From: a virus
Virus record (IMG/VR): IMGVR_UViG_3300025151_004231
Location: 64,447-128,446 of that record
Length of the DNA: 64,000 nt
Strand: one strand, 5' to 3'
Shown here: piece by piece, positions 27,705 to 37,827 of the stretch
Numbering within the stretch: the first letter of the stretch is position 1
Layout of the letters: every line of letters begins with the position of its first letter
The notes under the pieces: generated by a model
What the model saw: the letters and a program-made list of their open reading frames with translations, nothing else
The model's database searches: none
Told to the model about the DNA's origin: nothing
Translations under genes and position numbers: made by a program

Positions 27705-30700
27705 TTTATATCTCCGGTTGGCTTTTCGCCAGTCATTTTTGGTAGTGAAAACCACAGTTGAAACCATTCAGGAGTTCCGGGCTGAATGTTTTTCTCTTTC
27801 ATTATCTTTGCAATCTCTGCCGCAGTCTTTGATATGTTTGAACCTGAATATGCTGATGTTGCACCTTCAACTTGTACTGGTATCTGATAACGTTCATACA
27901 CGCCAGACAATCGTTTAATGTCTTCTAATTCTTTTACATGTAAGAACTCACTAGTTCTAGGTAACTTCTTACCTTCTTTAACTACACGTAAAGGGTTATA
28001 AATTTTTCTTGCTCTTTTGTATAGGTCTGCAAAGTCAACATCTGCTACTAGTGGATATTCAGGTAACCCTGGTCTTTGTTTTGCTCTCCAGTCTGGATTA
28101 AGCCAATTCATTATTAGTGGTCTAACATCATCTTCTTCATCTAATTCAGACATAGCATCAAATAACCCATCGTCACCGATAACATCATATAATACATCTT
28201 CTGCATCATGTCTTTTAATCTTTTCATATTCTCTGTGTTTCATATTAGACATGCCAGCAGTGCAATCTATGTTGTCAGGTATTCCGTTTGGATACTTATT
28301 GACAAGTGCTTCTAGTTTCTTTACTCTTGCTTCAATGTATTCGTTTGTAAGATGTTCAGGTTTTGAATCAGCATCTGGAATAAGCATTTCTTTCCAACGT
28401 CTCAAGTCATCTTTGATGTCGTATCCTGGCCCACAGCCATGTCCTTGACACACTTCACAACTTAAATCAACATCATCATTATCTCCACCTCTTAGTAAAG
28501 GTTCTTTCAATAACTCTAATGCTTTTTCTGCATCAAATGCCCAAACGTTTTCTTGTACTTTCTTTTTACCTACTTTAGGTATTCTATTTGTACCAGTCTT
28601 TAATGGTCTGTTAATCATTTCTTTTAACTTACCGTCACTGACAAGTCTGTCATACTTAGGCTTTTGTATTGCCCAAGAGCCGTTCTTCATAAAGAAGCCC
28701 ATTGCTTTTAATTGTTCGTTACTATAACTTCCTGTCAATCGTATGTTATTTAAGAATACAAGTTGACCATAATTTTGTTTTGACTTTTTCTTTTTCAGTT
28801 CCCAGTATGCTTTATCGCCTAAACTTTCAAATATTATCTTAGACATTATAGCATGTATTTCATGTTCACGCAACCATTTATTTGATTTTGAATATTGATC
28901 AAATATCGGTTTTAGTTCAGGAAAAATTCCTGTGTCAGGATTAAAAAATAAGTTTTTCTTTTGGTCTTGATTCAAGTTGATTTTTCTATAGTCATTATAA
29001 TCTCTATGTAAGATATATGCAACACGATTATTAGCAAAGTAAATAAACAACTTGTTGTACTTTTCGTCTTCGCCCCTTGAATAGTCTAAAACACTATGAG
29101 TAAAGTCCCAAGGTAAATCTAAATCTCTAGTAGCATTTAATACTGTGCGCCATGGACTTGCTACTGTTACTAATTTTCCGTCTTTTCGTTTTTTATAATT
29201 TTCATCACTAATAGGATTTAGTGTGATTTCATATCCTGTCCCCGGACCCAAAACTTTTTTTGGATACTTATTACCGTACCCAGTTGCATCAATACCTATT
29301 CCATCAGGAAACTTGAACTCTTTGATACTCCTAATCCAGGGCTTGCCTTTGTTTGTTAATTTTGGTTTAGGCAATTGAGATACTGCTCTCGGTGTCCACG
29401 TCTGTGTAGGTATTACACCCATTTGTTTTAATTCTTTAGGTTTTGCTATCTTGTCTAAGTTCATTAACTGAGAGCCTATTGTAACCCATTTAGAATCTGG
29501 AATTTGACTTAACGTAATACCATCGTTGCGATATCCACTTCTATTATAATCTATAAACTTACCACCTGTTTCTGGTTTCAATGCTACTATACCTTCTGAA
29601 ACAGCATCATGGATAAATCTGCCTGCTCCACGTTCTATTTTTTTCGCAAATGGGGGTAAATTTTTACTCAAAGAATATTCATTAGCCCACTCCATATATG
29701 GTGTTATCTTATCATCATCGTAATAGTAATCCCTAGAGCCTGACTTTAATCTTTGCTCAATATCTAGGTGTTGATCTTTTCTTCCCTGCCAAATGTATAA
29801 AGGATTTGAGATGCCTATCTTTGCTATGCCTACTACATCTACACCATGTACTTTTGGTACATCTCTTGCAGAATCTGTCATCTGATCAGATGTTACGGGC
29901 AAAAAGTTAATAAATGCGCCAACGCCACTAGTCTTTGCGTTTGCTTCTTCTGCTTTTTGTTCTAGCCATGCCATTAACTCTGGGTTTTGTTTTGCTCTTG
30001 TAAGATAGTTTTTATTAACAAAAGCAGAATTCCCTTGGCTAGAGTCAACATTATCAGCAGGTACAGCACTTAATTTATTAATAATATATTGTTTGTGTTC
30101 AGGTGCTTCACTAGCACTATATCTTTCGTTGTTGTCATCAAATTCAATTGCATTAACTTGTAATTCTGCAACACCTTGAAAAGGATCAATGTATATAGGA
30201 ACTTGTAAGAATGGATTTTTTTCTGTACTTTGAAAATCGATTACATAAGATTCACCAGAGTTCCAATGATCATCATCTTCCCAATCTTCTTCATGTCTTC
30301 CTATCTTTCTTGGATTCATACTGTGAGCATGTCGTTGCCATTGTTCACGTCCTCTCTCACTATCGTCAGATAAAGTTCTATCACTGATCTCGCCGTTAGT
30401 TCTTCTAACTTCGTTTCCAATTGGAGTAATATAATAACAATCACTACCGTCACTGTTTTTAAATGTATAAACTCTATTTTGTCCTAATTCAACTACATCT
30501 TCTTCTGTCAGATTTTGTGTTCTAACGTCTCCTATCTCTTTACTCTTTTCAGCAATATAACTTGCTAACTCAGGGAAACGTTCCATGATTTCATTATACA
30601 GAGGTGTGTTAGGTGTGATACTTCCTTCTCCTCCCCTAGCAGAATCTACAAAGTCTGCCATCGCATCGTTCTGCTTATGATATCTATTATTTGACTGTTC

Positions 30701-33700
30701 ACCTTGACCTAATTGAATGACTCCTCTGTTGTTATATGCTACAGGTCTTCCATAATCTGTAAAAAGATTGTTTGCTTTTCCAAGTGGATCTGTTTTTAAA
30801 GGATGATACTCAAACATAGTAAAATACTCGCCAGGATATTTTTCTTCGTCTGGTACAATAAAGTATTTGTCTAAGTTAGGATTGTTTGTTACTTGTTTTT
30901 CTAATTTAAACCCGTCCATTTGTTGAGTGTTTTCGGCATTTTCTTCTGGCTTCTGTGCGAGTGCTGGATGAGGAACTTTAGGATGAATGTTTTCATCTTT
31001 AATCATGTTTCTTAACTCAGGATAGTATCTGAAAAAATCAATAATTTCTTTGGAATCTAAAGAAGATTTGTTTTCTGCGAGTTCTTTTCCTGCAGGTTTA
31101 AAATTTGTGTCGTCTGGTTTTTGTTGTCTACCATACTGATCAATAGGTACTTGATGATGTGTGTTTTTTCCTACTCGTTCTATACGAATGTCACTAATTT
31201 TTCCTGTTTTACCACGATAGTCTTTTAAACTTAAATAAACAAAAAACGTATCTCCTACTTTACCAAATGGATTCTTTTGTTTAGGAAATACTTCAAAACT
31301 AGGTAGTTGAAACGCATCTCCTTCTTTCGGTCCAAATTGTGATACTATTACACGATCATTATCTTCGACTTCTGTGGGAGTAAACGACCAATCTTGTAAC
31401 ATATCGTCATTGTAACTAGAACCTTCGCCGTGTTGATTTGGTTGATACTCAGGATTATCTTTAATAAATTTATCCCAGTCTTTTACTTGCATTTCTCTAA
31501 TTTCAGGAAAACTTTTTAGAACATGTCTTTTAGTTTGTGCGTTGTCTAATTTTGTTTGAGTACCGTCACCGGCAGAGTGATATATTTGTGATAGTGCCGG
31601 AACTTCTGGACTCCAACTAATTGCATACGACTCACCTTCTTGTGCGTCTTTAGGTTTAACAATAAAGTTACGCATTGTCTCTGCATTTTCATCATACCAG
31701 TCTTTTCTATAATATGATCTGGCATCTTTGTCACGTTTTGTTTTTCCAAAATCTTTTAGAGTAGCATTTGATAGTTCTTTTTCTTTGGGTGTTGCTAAAG
31801 AAGTGTCTTTGTATAATTCTTTTAAACTAGGATATTTGTCTAAGTATGCAATAGAAGGTAAAAAAGGCAATGCACGTTGGTCATCTAAGTTTCTCCTTAC
31901 TGGTGTATAATAACGTTGATACTTAGGTTCTGTTTCTGCGTTACCATAGATTTCTCCGTCCGGAGTTCTTAGATTATAATCTTCATCACTAGATAAATCA
32001 TACATTCGTGTAGGCTCTGCTTGTACAATTTTTTCGACATTACCGTCTCGTTGATTACGAAAGACTACTGTTATTGTACTTGTTTCTTTACCGCCGTCAT
32101 TTGTGATAACATAATCTAAAATAGGTTTTCCTTCTGGTGTTACATGACTTTTAATAATTGAATCTTCTTTTTTATACAATTTATAAGGCATCAACGGCGC
32201 ATATTTTTGATATAAGTCTTCTTTAAATTTTCTTTTCTCTTTGGCATTGCCCTCATATTGACGTAACTCATTTTTAATTGTTTTATCTAGTATAGGAGCA
32301 TATACATCAATAAGTTCAGGGTGTTGAAGTGTTACTTCATAAGGATTAATTTCATTTCTGATTTCTTTTCGATCTGTTTTATTATGTTCAAAAGGATTTG
32401 TTTTTGATGCAGATACTAAAATGCTATTCCCGGTATCTCTAAGACTGTCTATTTCGATTGCTGTTTTATGTCCTTGCTTATCTTTTATAACAGCAGTACT
32501 GCCATGCATCTCTACATCGGCACCCCCTTTTGTTTTACTGCGGCTAGGTTCTTGCTCAATGTGTTTTGTTTTTAATCCATATTTAGAGATGAGTTCAGGA
32601 TATTTGTTAACTAATTTATGTTGTTGTAATACATTTAATTCATCGTCTCCACCATACCGACTAGTGCCTATTGATTTGATTTTGTAGTTAGGATCGTTAG
32701 GGTCATTTTTCCATATCATGTATAAGTCTTGTTTGCCATACTCCCCGCCTACATCCATTTCGCCTTTCATTAAGTATACAGGTTTATTATCTTTTCTATA
32801 TTCTTCTACTTCAAAGTTAGAACCTTTCATAACTCTTTTAGGTTTCTGTAGATATATAAGACCGTACTTTTCTGCTTGTTCTTTGAAAGCATCTTTAAGT
32901 GCAGGATATCTAGTTACTAATTGAATTAATTGATCTTGACCTAAGTAAGCATCTGATTCATCTGCAACTACATTGTCTTCAAAGTGAAATTGATATTTTT
33001 CTCCTGTATGATGTGGCTTACGTGGAACAAATATATAGAGAGGTCCTCTACGATTGTATGAAGCAAAGTGATTGTAACCACGTGTTGAGGCTGTACACCA
33101 ACGAGTTCCTCGACCGTAACGACATGCCGCTTCTTTATCTTTTGGATGAATTACTAAGATACCGTTTTCATCATATATTTTGTCTGCTTTGTATGTTTTC
33201 TTTGATGCTTCATCATCGTCTAAAATGTCATTAGGATACTGATCCATGTCATTCATAAACGTATCAAAGTCTTTGTATTGTCCTACGTCTGCATTAGACA
33301 AATGACGTTTAACTTTTAATTTATGAAACTTATCTAAGTAATCAGCAACAGTAGATTCAATATCTTCTAAACTTGTTTCACCATTGATATACAATCGTGC
33401 TAACCACTGTACATATCCTTTATTATTTGTAGGATCAGAGGCTTCTAACTTTTCTAATATATGAACGGCTATTTGATTTTCTAAAATTTTATATTGTTCT
33501 TGTGCTTTTTGTATTTTAGGTTCTAACTTGGCTAGTTCTTCGGGTTTAATTTCATTGTTTTCTTTTCTATTATTAAAATCAGTTACTTCAACATCAATTT
33601 TCTCCATTGTTTGAAATGCTTTTTCAAGTTTAGGAGTCATCAAGTTAGGGAAACTTAATACGTCTACGTTAAGACGACCCACAAGGGCTTCACCCATCTT

Positions 33701-33760
33701 TTTAGCAGTGATGCCTTGTTTGTATTCTAGTAGTATGCTTTCAAAATGACTAGAGAGCAT
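27701..33760 (-). CDS. 2019-aa modular protein, probably head-packaged/injected
   Basis: DPT.NK.YVQWL module, AACRYGRGTRWCT...YNRRGPLYIF...KYQFHF module, repeated (Y/F)PEL helices, C-terminal LEDIKRLSG and IQPGTPEWFQLWF. Confidence 0.8.
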   Translation of the reverse strand: MLSSHFESILLEYKQGITAKKMGEALVGRLNVDVLSFPNLMTPKLEKAFQTMEKIDVEVTDFNNRKENNEIKPEELAKLEPKIQKAQEQYKILENQIAVHILEKLEASDPTNNKGYVQWLARLYINGETSLEDIESTVADYLDKFHKLKVKRHLSNADVGQYKDFDTFMNDMDQYPNDILDDDEASKKTYKADKIYDENGILVIHPKDKEAACRYGRGTRWCTASTRGYNHFASYNRRGPLYIFVPRKPHHTGEKYQFHFEDNVVADESDAYLGQDQLIQLVTRYPALKDAFKEQAEKYGLIYLQKPKRVMKGSNFEVEEYRKDNKPVYLMKGEMDVGGEYGKQDLYMIWKNDPNDPNYKIKSIGTSRYGGDDELNVLQQHKLVNKYPELISKYGLKTKHIEQEPSRSKTKGGADVEMHGSTAVIKDKQGHKTAIEIDSLRDTGNSILVSASKTNPFEHNKTDRKEIRNEINPYEVTLQHPELIDVYAPILDKTIKNELRQYEGNAKEKRKFKEDLYQKYAPLMPYKLYKKEDSIIKSHVTPEGKPILDYVITNDGGKETSTITVVFRNQRDGNVEKIVQAEPTRMYDLSSDEDYNLRTPDGEIYGNAETEPKYQRYYTPVRRNLDDQRALPFLPSIAYLDKYPSLKELYKDTSLATPKEKELSNATLKDFGKTKRDKDARSYYRKDWYDENAETMRNFIVKPKDAQEGESYAISWSPEVPALSQIYHSAGDGTQTKLDNAQTKRHVLKSFPEIREMQVKDWDKFIKDNPEYQPNQHGEGSSYNDDMLQDWSFTPTEVEDNDRVIVSQFGPKEGDAFQLPSFEVFPKQKNPFGKVGDTFFVYLSLKDYRGKTGKISDIRIERVGKNTHHQVPIDQYGRQQKPDDTNFKPAGKELAENKSSLDSKEIIDFFRYYPELRNMIKDENIHPKVPHPALAQKPEENAENTQQMDGFKLEKQVTNNPNLDKYFIVPDEEKYPGEYFTMFEYHPLKTDPLGKANNLFTDYGRPVAYNNRGVIQLGQGEQSNNRYHKQNDAMADFVDSARGGEGSITPNTPLYNEIMERFPELASYIAEKSKEIGDVRTQNLTEEDVVELGQNRVYTFKNSDGSDCYYITPIGNEVRRTNGEISDRTLSDDSERGREQWQRHAHSMNPRKIGRHEEDWEDDDHWNSGESYVIDFQSTEKNPFLQVPIYIDPFQGVAELQVNAIEFDDNNERYSASEAPEHKQYIINKLSAVPADNVDSSQGNSAFVNKNYLTRAKQNPELMAWLEQKAEEANAKTSGVGAFINFLPVTSDQMTDSARDVPKVHGVDVVGIAKIGISNPLYIWQGRKDQHLDIEQRLKSGSRDYYYDDDKITPYMEWANEYSLSKNLPPFAKKIERGAGRFIHDAVSEGIVALKPETGGKFIDYNRSGYRNDGITLSQIPDSKWVTIGSQLMNLDKIAKPKELKQMGVIPTQTWTPRAVSQLPKPKLTNKGKPWIRSIKEFKFPDGIGIDATGYGNKYPKKVLGPGTGYEITLNPISDENYKKRKDGKLVTVASPWRTVLNATRDLDLPWDFTHSVLDYSRGEDEKYNKLFIYFANNRVAYILHRDYNDYRKINLNQDQKKNLFFNPDTGIFPELKPIFDQYSKSNKWLREHEIHAIMSKIIFESLGDKAYWELKKKKSKQNYGQLVFLNNIRLTGSYSNEQLKAMGFFMKNGSWAIQKPKYDRLVSDGKLKEMINRPLKTGTNRIPKVGKKKVQENVWAFDAEKALELLKEPLLRGGDNDDVDLSCEVCQGHGCGPGYDIKDDLRRWKEMLIPDADSKPEHLTNEYIEARVKKLEALVNKYPNGIPDNIDCTAGMSNMKHREYEKIKRHDAEDVLYDVIGDDGLFDAMSELDEEDDVRPLIMNWLNPDWRAKQRPGLPEYPLVADVDFADLYKRARKIYNPLRVVKEGKKLPRTSEFLHVKELEDIKRLSGVYERYQIPVQVEGATSAYSGSNISKTAAEIAKIMKEKNIQPGTPEWFQLWFSLPKMTGEKPTGDIK

Positions 33761-33762
33761 GA

Positions 33763-34206
33763 TTACTCCCTATTAGTCTTAAGTGTGCTTCTTATCATCC
33801 ATTGATGTTTGTTGTGTGCATCTAAACGTTCAGCAACAAAGTTAGAAATACCATATTGTTTTTCTGCTTCCGCTGAATCATAACATGTGTTTAAGTGTTC
33901 GAGGATGATTTCGTTGTCTCTATATAGTTCTGCAAACATTAATTCTGCTCTAGGTATTTTTACTTGATCAGGTATTAATGATAGTTCTGCGTAACGTCCA
34001 ATAGAACCAGGTGTATATGCTTCTAGTGTACGAATGTATTCCGCAGTTCTATCGATTGCGTTTTCATAGACTTCGTTGTTTAAATCATCAAAAAATTTGT
34101 GATATTGTGGGAAGTTAGAACCTTCGATATTCCAATGAAAGTTTTGTGCTTTAATGACAAAAGCATAAGAAGTTGCTAATAGTATTTTAAGGTTCTCTGA
34201 GAGCAT
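33763..34206 (-). CDS. dps: Dps-family ferritin-like DNA protection protein
   Basis: AQNFHWNIEGSNFPQYHKFF, IDRTAEYIR, HNKHQWMIRS; GATAAATA at 34235-34228 upstream. Confidence 0.92.
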   Translation of the reverse strand: MLSENLKILLATSYAFVIKAQNFHWNIEGSNFPQYHKFFDDLNNEVYENAIDRTAEYIRTLEAYTPGSIGRYAELSLIPDQVKIPRAELMFAELYRDNEIILEHLNTCYDSAEAEKQYGISNFVAERLDAHNKHQWMIRSTLKTNRE

Positions 34207-34220
34207 TATAATTGTTCCTG

Positions 34221-35225
34221 TTACATGTATTTATCGATTAGTTCTTCGATGGTTGCATTTACCTTAATAACAGGAATGTATGATGCCCCTAATGTTTTGT
34301 ACGCATCGTATCTATGATGACCATTTACAATATAACCAAATTTATCTATGACTATAGGCTTGTGTTTACCTTTCTTTAGCATCTTTAATGTTTTCTTTAC
34401 AAGGCCTTTTTCACGTTCAGTCTGTACAGGTTTTAGTCTTTCAAATCGTACATGTTTTTCTTCAATGTCTTCGTCTTTAAGATCATCAATATTGAGTTGT
34501 GGTAGTTCACTTCTAGGCCAATGTTTATCTTCTACGAATGCTAGTTCTTTTTGTTTAGCAGGTGATAAACTACTATCAGGGTCTGATACTTTTACGCCAG
34601 GCCCTTTGGGTGATAAAATATGACAGGCTTTTGCTTTCTCACCGTTGATTACACTAGCAACCCATTTCTCTGAACCCATTATTATATCTGCATCCATTGC
34701 TACTGCTGGTTTTGTAAGAAAACCATATTGCATAATGTATTTTTCGTATCCTAAATCAGATACTGAAGTTGCTTTTGTTTTAGGAATAGACATTTGCCAT
34801 GTCTCGTTAATTTTATCTATAACGTTTTGCGGTAGTCTTGTTAATAACTCTAAGTTTTCTGTATTTTGTAAAAGACCATAATTACTTAATCGTCTTATAC
34901 CTTTATACTCCATCTCTGATATGAAGTTTTCTCCCTGATCAGGATTGTTGACATATTTCTTTAGAACTTCAGTTTGTAAATCTTCTGGCCAACCTTCATC
35001 GTTCATCATCTCTTTCATCTTTTGATGATCTGTGAACATTTCCCCTTGTTCTTCAGTTGTCATAGCCACAGTTTTTTGAGGACCACGATATTTAAACTTG
35101 TCGTTTTCTTCTTCGTAAGTTGATGGATAGGGGAGACCTAATGATGAACCACCTGCCCCAGCAGATCCGGGTGTGCCTCCACCTGCTGATGCTCCCATAC
35201 CTTCTTGCAATTCACGTAATCGCAT
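34221..35225 (-). CDS. Modular protein with C-terminal ParB/Sulfiredoxin domain
   Basis: MRLRELQE; LKPVQ, PIVIDKFGYIVNGHHRYDA...IPVIKV. Confidence 0.75.
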   Translation of the reverse strand: MRLRELQEGMGASAGGGTPGSAGAGGSSLGLPYPSTYEEENDKFKYRGPQKTVAMTTEEQGEMFTDHQKMKEMMNDEGWPEDLQTEVLKKYVNNPDQGENFISEMEYKGIRRLSNYGLLQNTENLELLTRLPQNVIDKINETWQMSIPKTKATSVSDLGYEKYIMQYGFLTKPAVAMDADIIMGSEKWVASVINGEKAKACHILSPKGPGVKVSDPDSSLSPAKQKELAFVEDKHWPRSELPQLNIDDLKDEDIEEKHVRFERLKPVQTEREKGLVKKTLKMLKKGKHKPIVIDKFGYIVNGHHRYDAYKTLGASYIPVIKVNATIEELIDKYM

Positions 35226-35237
35226 AAGATATTAGGA

Positions 35238-35669
35238 TTATGAGACCTTGATTTTTATCAAAGTATTTGCGTGTTCCTCGCCGTAACCAACAATGTTAAG
35301 AGTAAACATGCCGGCACCCGGGGCAACAATAGGATCGATGCCTTCTGCAACTGCGGGCGGTGTTGTGTCAAATACTAGAGATGCTTCTTCTCCGGTAGAT
35401 ACTTCTTTAGTGAATACTGCATCATCACAATGTAATTCAATAAACCATTTGTCAATTGCTACATGTTCATCAAGAGGATAATGTTCTAAAACAGTTACAT
35501 TAACTGATGCTTTTGTAATAAAGTCTTCAAAGTATACGCCATTAGAAAACACGCACTCATCGTTAAGTGGCACTGTATGTTCAGTTGGTGTGTCTGATTC
35601 GATTGCGTTCTTTAAAAGACCGTCGAAGGTTTCTTCGTTTATGTCGTCAGTGTAAATATTTTCTGTCAT
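35238..35669 (-). CDS. Hypothetical acidic protein
   Basis: Translationally coupled ORF. Confidence 0.7.
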   Translation of the reverse strand: MTENIYTDDINEETFDGLLKNAIESDTPTEHTVPLNDECVFSNGVYFEDFITKASVNVTVLEHYPLDEHVAIDKWFIELHCDDAVFTKEVSTGEEASLVFDTTPPAVAEGIDPIVAPGAGMFTLNIVGYGEEHANTLIKIKVS

Positions 35670-37057
35670 TATTTTTCTCCGGGGGTATTAATGTAATCGA
35701 TATCTTTAATATCATCTTTTCCTGGAAGGCCGTCGAAATCAACATCGCCTTTACCTAAGTCAAGTCTCATTTTGTGATTACCTATACGTCTCTTGACCTC
35801 TTTCATTTTTGCTTCGTCACCTCTTTCTTTTGCAACCATATAAACTTGTGTTAATTGCTGTAACTGATGTGACTTTTCATATACTTTTTGTGCTTGATGA
35901 TTGTTTATACCTAACAAACCGGCTAATAATAATATGCCTGCTATACCTGCACGAATCTTTCCTGATCCTTCCGAAAGTTGTTCTGCACTATAGTAATGTC
36001 TTGGAGTTGGTTTGAATGTAACTTCTGCATCTGGTAATGCTTGTTTAATAACTCTTTCGTATTGATTCTTTTGCTTCTTTTCGATTGGCGTCTCTGCCGC
36101 TAACTTACCGTTGATGTAAATTAAAAACAAATAGTCATCATACATTTCCATTACTGAACCAATACGTGACTTTTTGCCTTCTTTAGTTGCTTGATGTCCT
36201 AAGACACCACCTGCTACTGCTCCTGGAAGACCGGCTATTTTGCTACCTAAGTATGCACCTGAGGCTGCACCTGCAAGTCCTTCGTCAACATCAAATTGGT
36301 GTCCGATAATTTTTAAATCTGCAACACCGGGGAAATAAGTCATGCCATCATCAGTAATAATTCTACCTGTTGAACTTGGCTTATGAGGTGGAATGTAATC
36401 AACGATAACCATTTCATCACCTCTAAAATCTTGTGTTCTTAAAGGTAAAGTAACTGGCATACCATCTTTAGTTACAAGTTTACCTTTGCTAGGTCTTTTA
36501 GGTTTGTCATCATCAAACGAACCTCTTTGAAACTCATCTAATTTTTTATCATTGAAAAGATCATCAAACGTATTTTCAGCAGACTTATAACCGGGCTTTA
36601 CAGACTCGTCTGCTTTAACACAGTTATTGACACGTTTGCCAAACATCATTTTTGTGCCTTTCTTTTTGTAACCTTTCCAGCAACGTTGACCTTCGTCTAT
36701 GTCTTCTAAATCCATTTCAAGTTCATCATGCTTTAAACGTAAATCACGTGCAAGGTCATTGAAAGGTTCTCTTAAACCGTATACAGCAGATTCTAAATTG
36801 TTGTTTGCTTCTCTAACTTTATCTTCGTAATAGTTAAGTTCTTTATGATCAAATCCTTTTAAAGTATCAGCAACACTTTGTACTGCTACCATAATTTCTG
36901 AAGTGTCAGTACCATACTTGATGTCTTTAGTTATCCGATCTACACTCTTAAGTGCTTGTTCTGCTTCAAATGCCGCGTTGTCTAATTCGGCTAATGCTAC
37001 TTTATCTTCACTTAACAATTCATTGTTTTCATTTAGTCCACGTAATATCGAACTCAT
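35669..37057 (-). CDS. Modular protein (CWKGY...NCVK module, glycine zipper, TM segment)
   Basis: RCWKGYKKKGTKMMFGKRVNNCVK, GLAGAASGAYLGSKIAGLPGAVAGGVLG, IAGILLLAGLLGI. Confidence 0.75.
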   Translation of the reverse strand: MSSILRGLNENNELLSEDKVALAELDNAAFEAEQALKSVDRITKDIKYGTDTSEIMVAVQSVADTLKGFDHKELNYYEDKVREANNNLESAVYGLREPFNDLARDLRLKHDELEMDLEDIDEGQRCWKGYKKKGTKMMFGKRVNNCVKADESVKPGYKSAENTFDDLFNDKKLDEFQRGSFDDDKPKRPSKGKLVTKDGMPVTLPLRTQDFRGDEMVIVDYIPPHKPSSTGRIITDDGMTYFPGVADLKIIGHQFDVDEGLAGAASGAYLGSKIAGLPGAVAGGVLGHQATKEGKKSRIGSVMEMYDDYLFLIYINGKLAAETPIEKKQKNQYERVIKQALPDAEVTFKPTPRHYYSAEQLSEGSGKIRAGIAGILLLAGLLGINNHQAQKVYEKSHQLQQLTQVYMVAKERGDEAKMKEVKRRIGNHKMRLDLGKGDVDFDGLPGKDDIKDIDYINTPGEK

Positions 37058-37713
37058 TGTTTGTCCCCGTCTTCTGCCAAGTTCGTACCTGTCAATGTTC
37101 CACCTGGATAACTTGAACTAGGCTCACCATATGGCTCCATGTCTAATTTATTTACATGATAACGATCATCTTCCCCATTACCGTAAGGTGCTCCGGGTTG
37201 ATCTTCATGCATTTGCATTTCGTATTGAATTGATTCTTTGACTGAATTGAGATAGTCGTTTGCTAATGTGATGTAAGACTGCATCCAACCTTTGATGCCT
37301 TCTTCTTCTGATCTATCTTTAAGATACATCATAATTTCTTGTGCGTTTTTGGCAGTTGCAAATAAATCAGCCTTAGCCATTTTGACTTCGTGGTCTACTC
37401 TGCTTTCACCATGCTTAACAAATCCTGACTTACGATCTTTTCTGTTTGCACCTTTAACTACAAGAACTTCTGCTTCTGATACTTCTGCTTCTTCAACTTT
37501 GGCTTCATTAACTTTCTTAGTTTGCTTACGTGCTTCGACAGAATTAGCATATTTGCCCTTTGAACGTTTACCTGTCATTAAATTTCCAGCCTTCTTTCCA
37601 CCGTAAATACTTGCATTGCGAGTTTGAGTACTCATTGGAGATGCCACAGATGAAACTGATCCGGCGCCCGTCGCACCAGCAGATGCATTTTCGGTTATTT
37701 CGTTGAACTTCAT
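37054..37713 (-). CDS. Late protein with capsid-targeting-like N-terminus
   Basis: Start moved to MKFNEITE, behind GATAAATA (37747-37740); DHEVKMAK...WMQSYITLA.DYL module. Confidence 0.7.
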   Translation of the reverse strand: MKFNEITENASAGATGAGSVSSVASPMSTQTRNASIYGGKKAGNLMTGKRSKGKYANSVEARKQTKKVNEAKVEEAEVSEAEVLVVKGANRKDRKSGFVKHGESRVDHEVKMAKADLFATAKNAQEIMMYLKDRSEEEGIKGWMQSYITLANDYLNSVKESIQYEMQMHEDQPGAPYGNGEDDRYHVNKLDMEPYGEPSSSYPGGTLTGTNLAEDGDKQ

Positions 37714-37769
37714 TGATATCAATCCTTTGTTAATATAAGTATTTATCAATAAAGAGGAATACACAAGGA

Positions 37770-37797
37770 AAAATGCCCCTTGGGAGAGGGGCATTTT
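37770..37797 (-). terminator. Rho-independent terminator
   Basis: AAAATGCCCCT-tgggag-AGGGGCATTTT hairpin downstream of 37828..38778. Confidence 0.8.
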
Positions 37798-37827
37798 CAT
37801 TCTTAGTTATATAGTTAGGATCTATAT

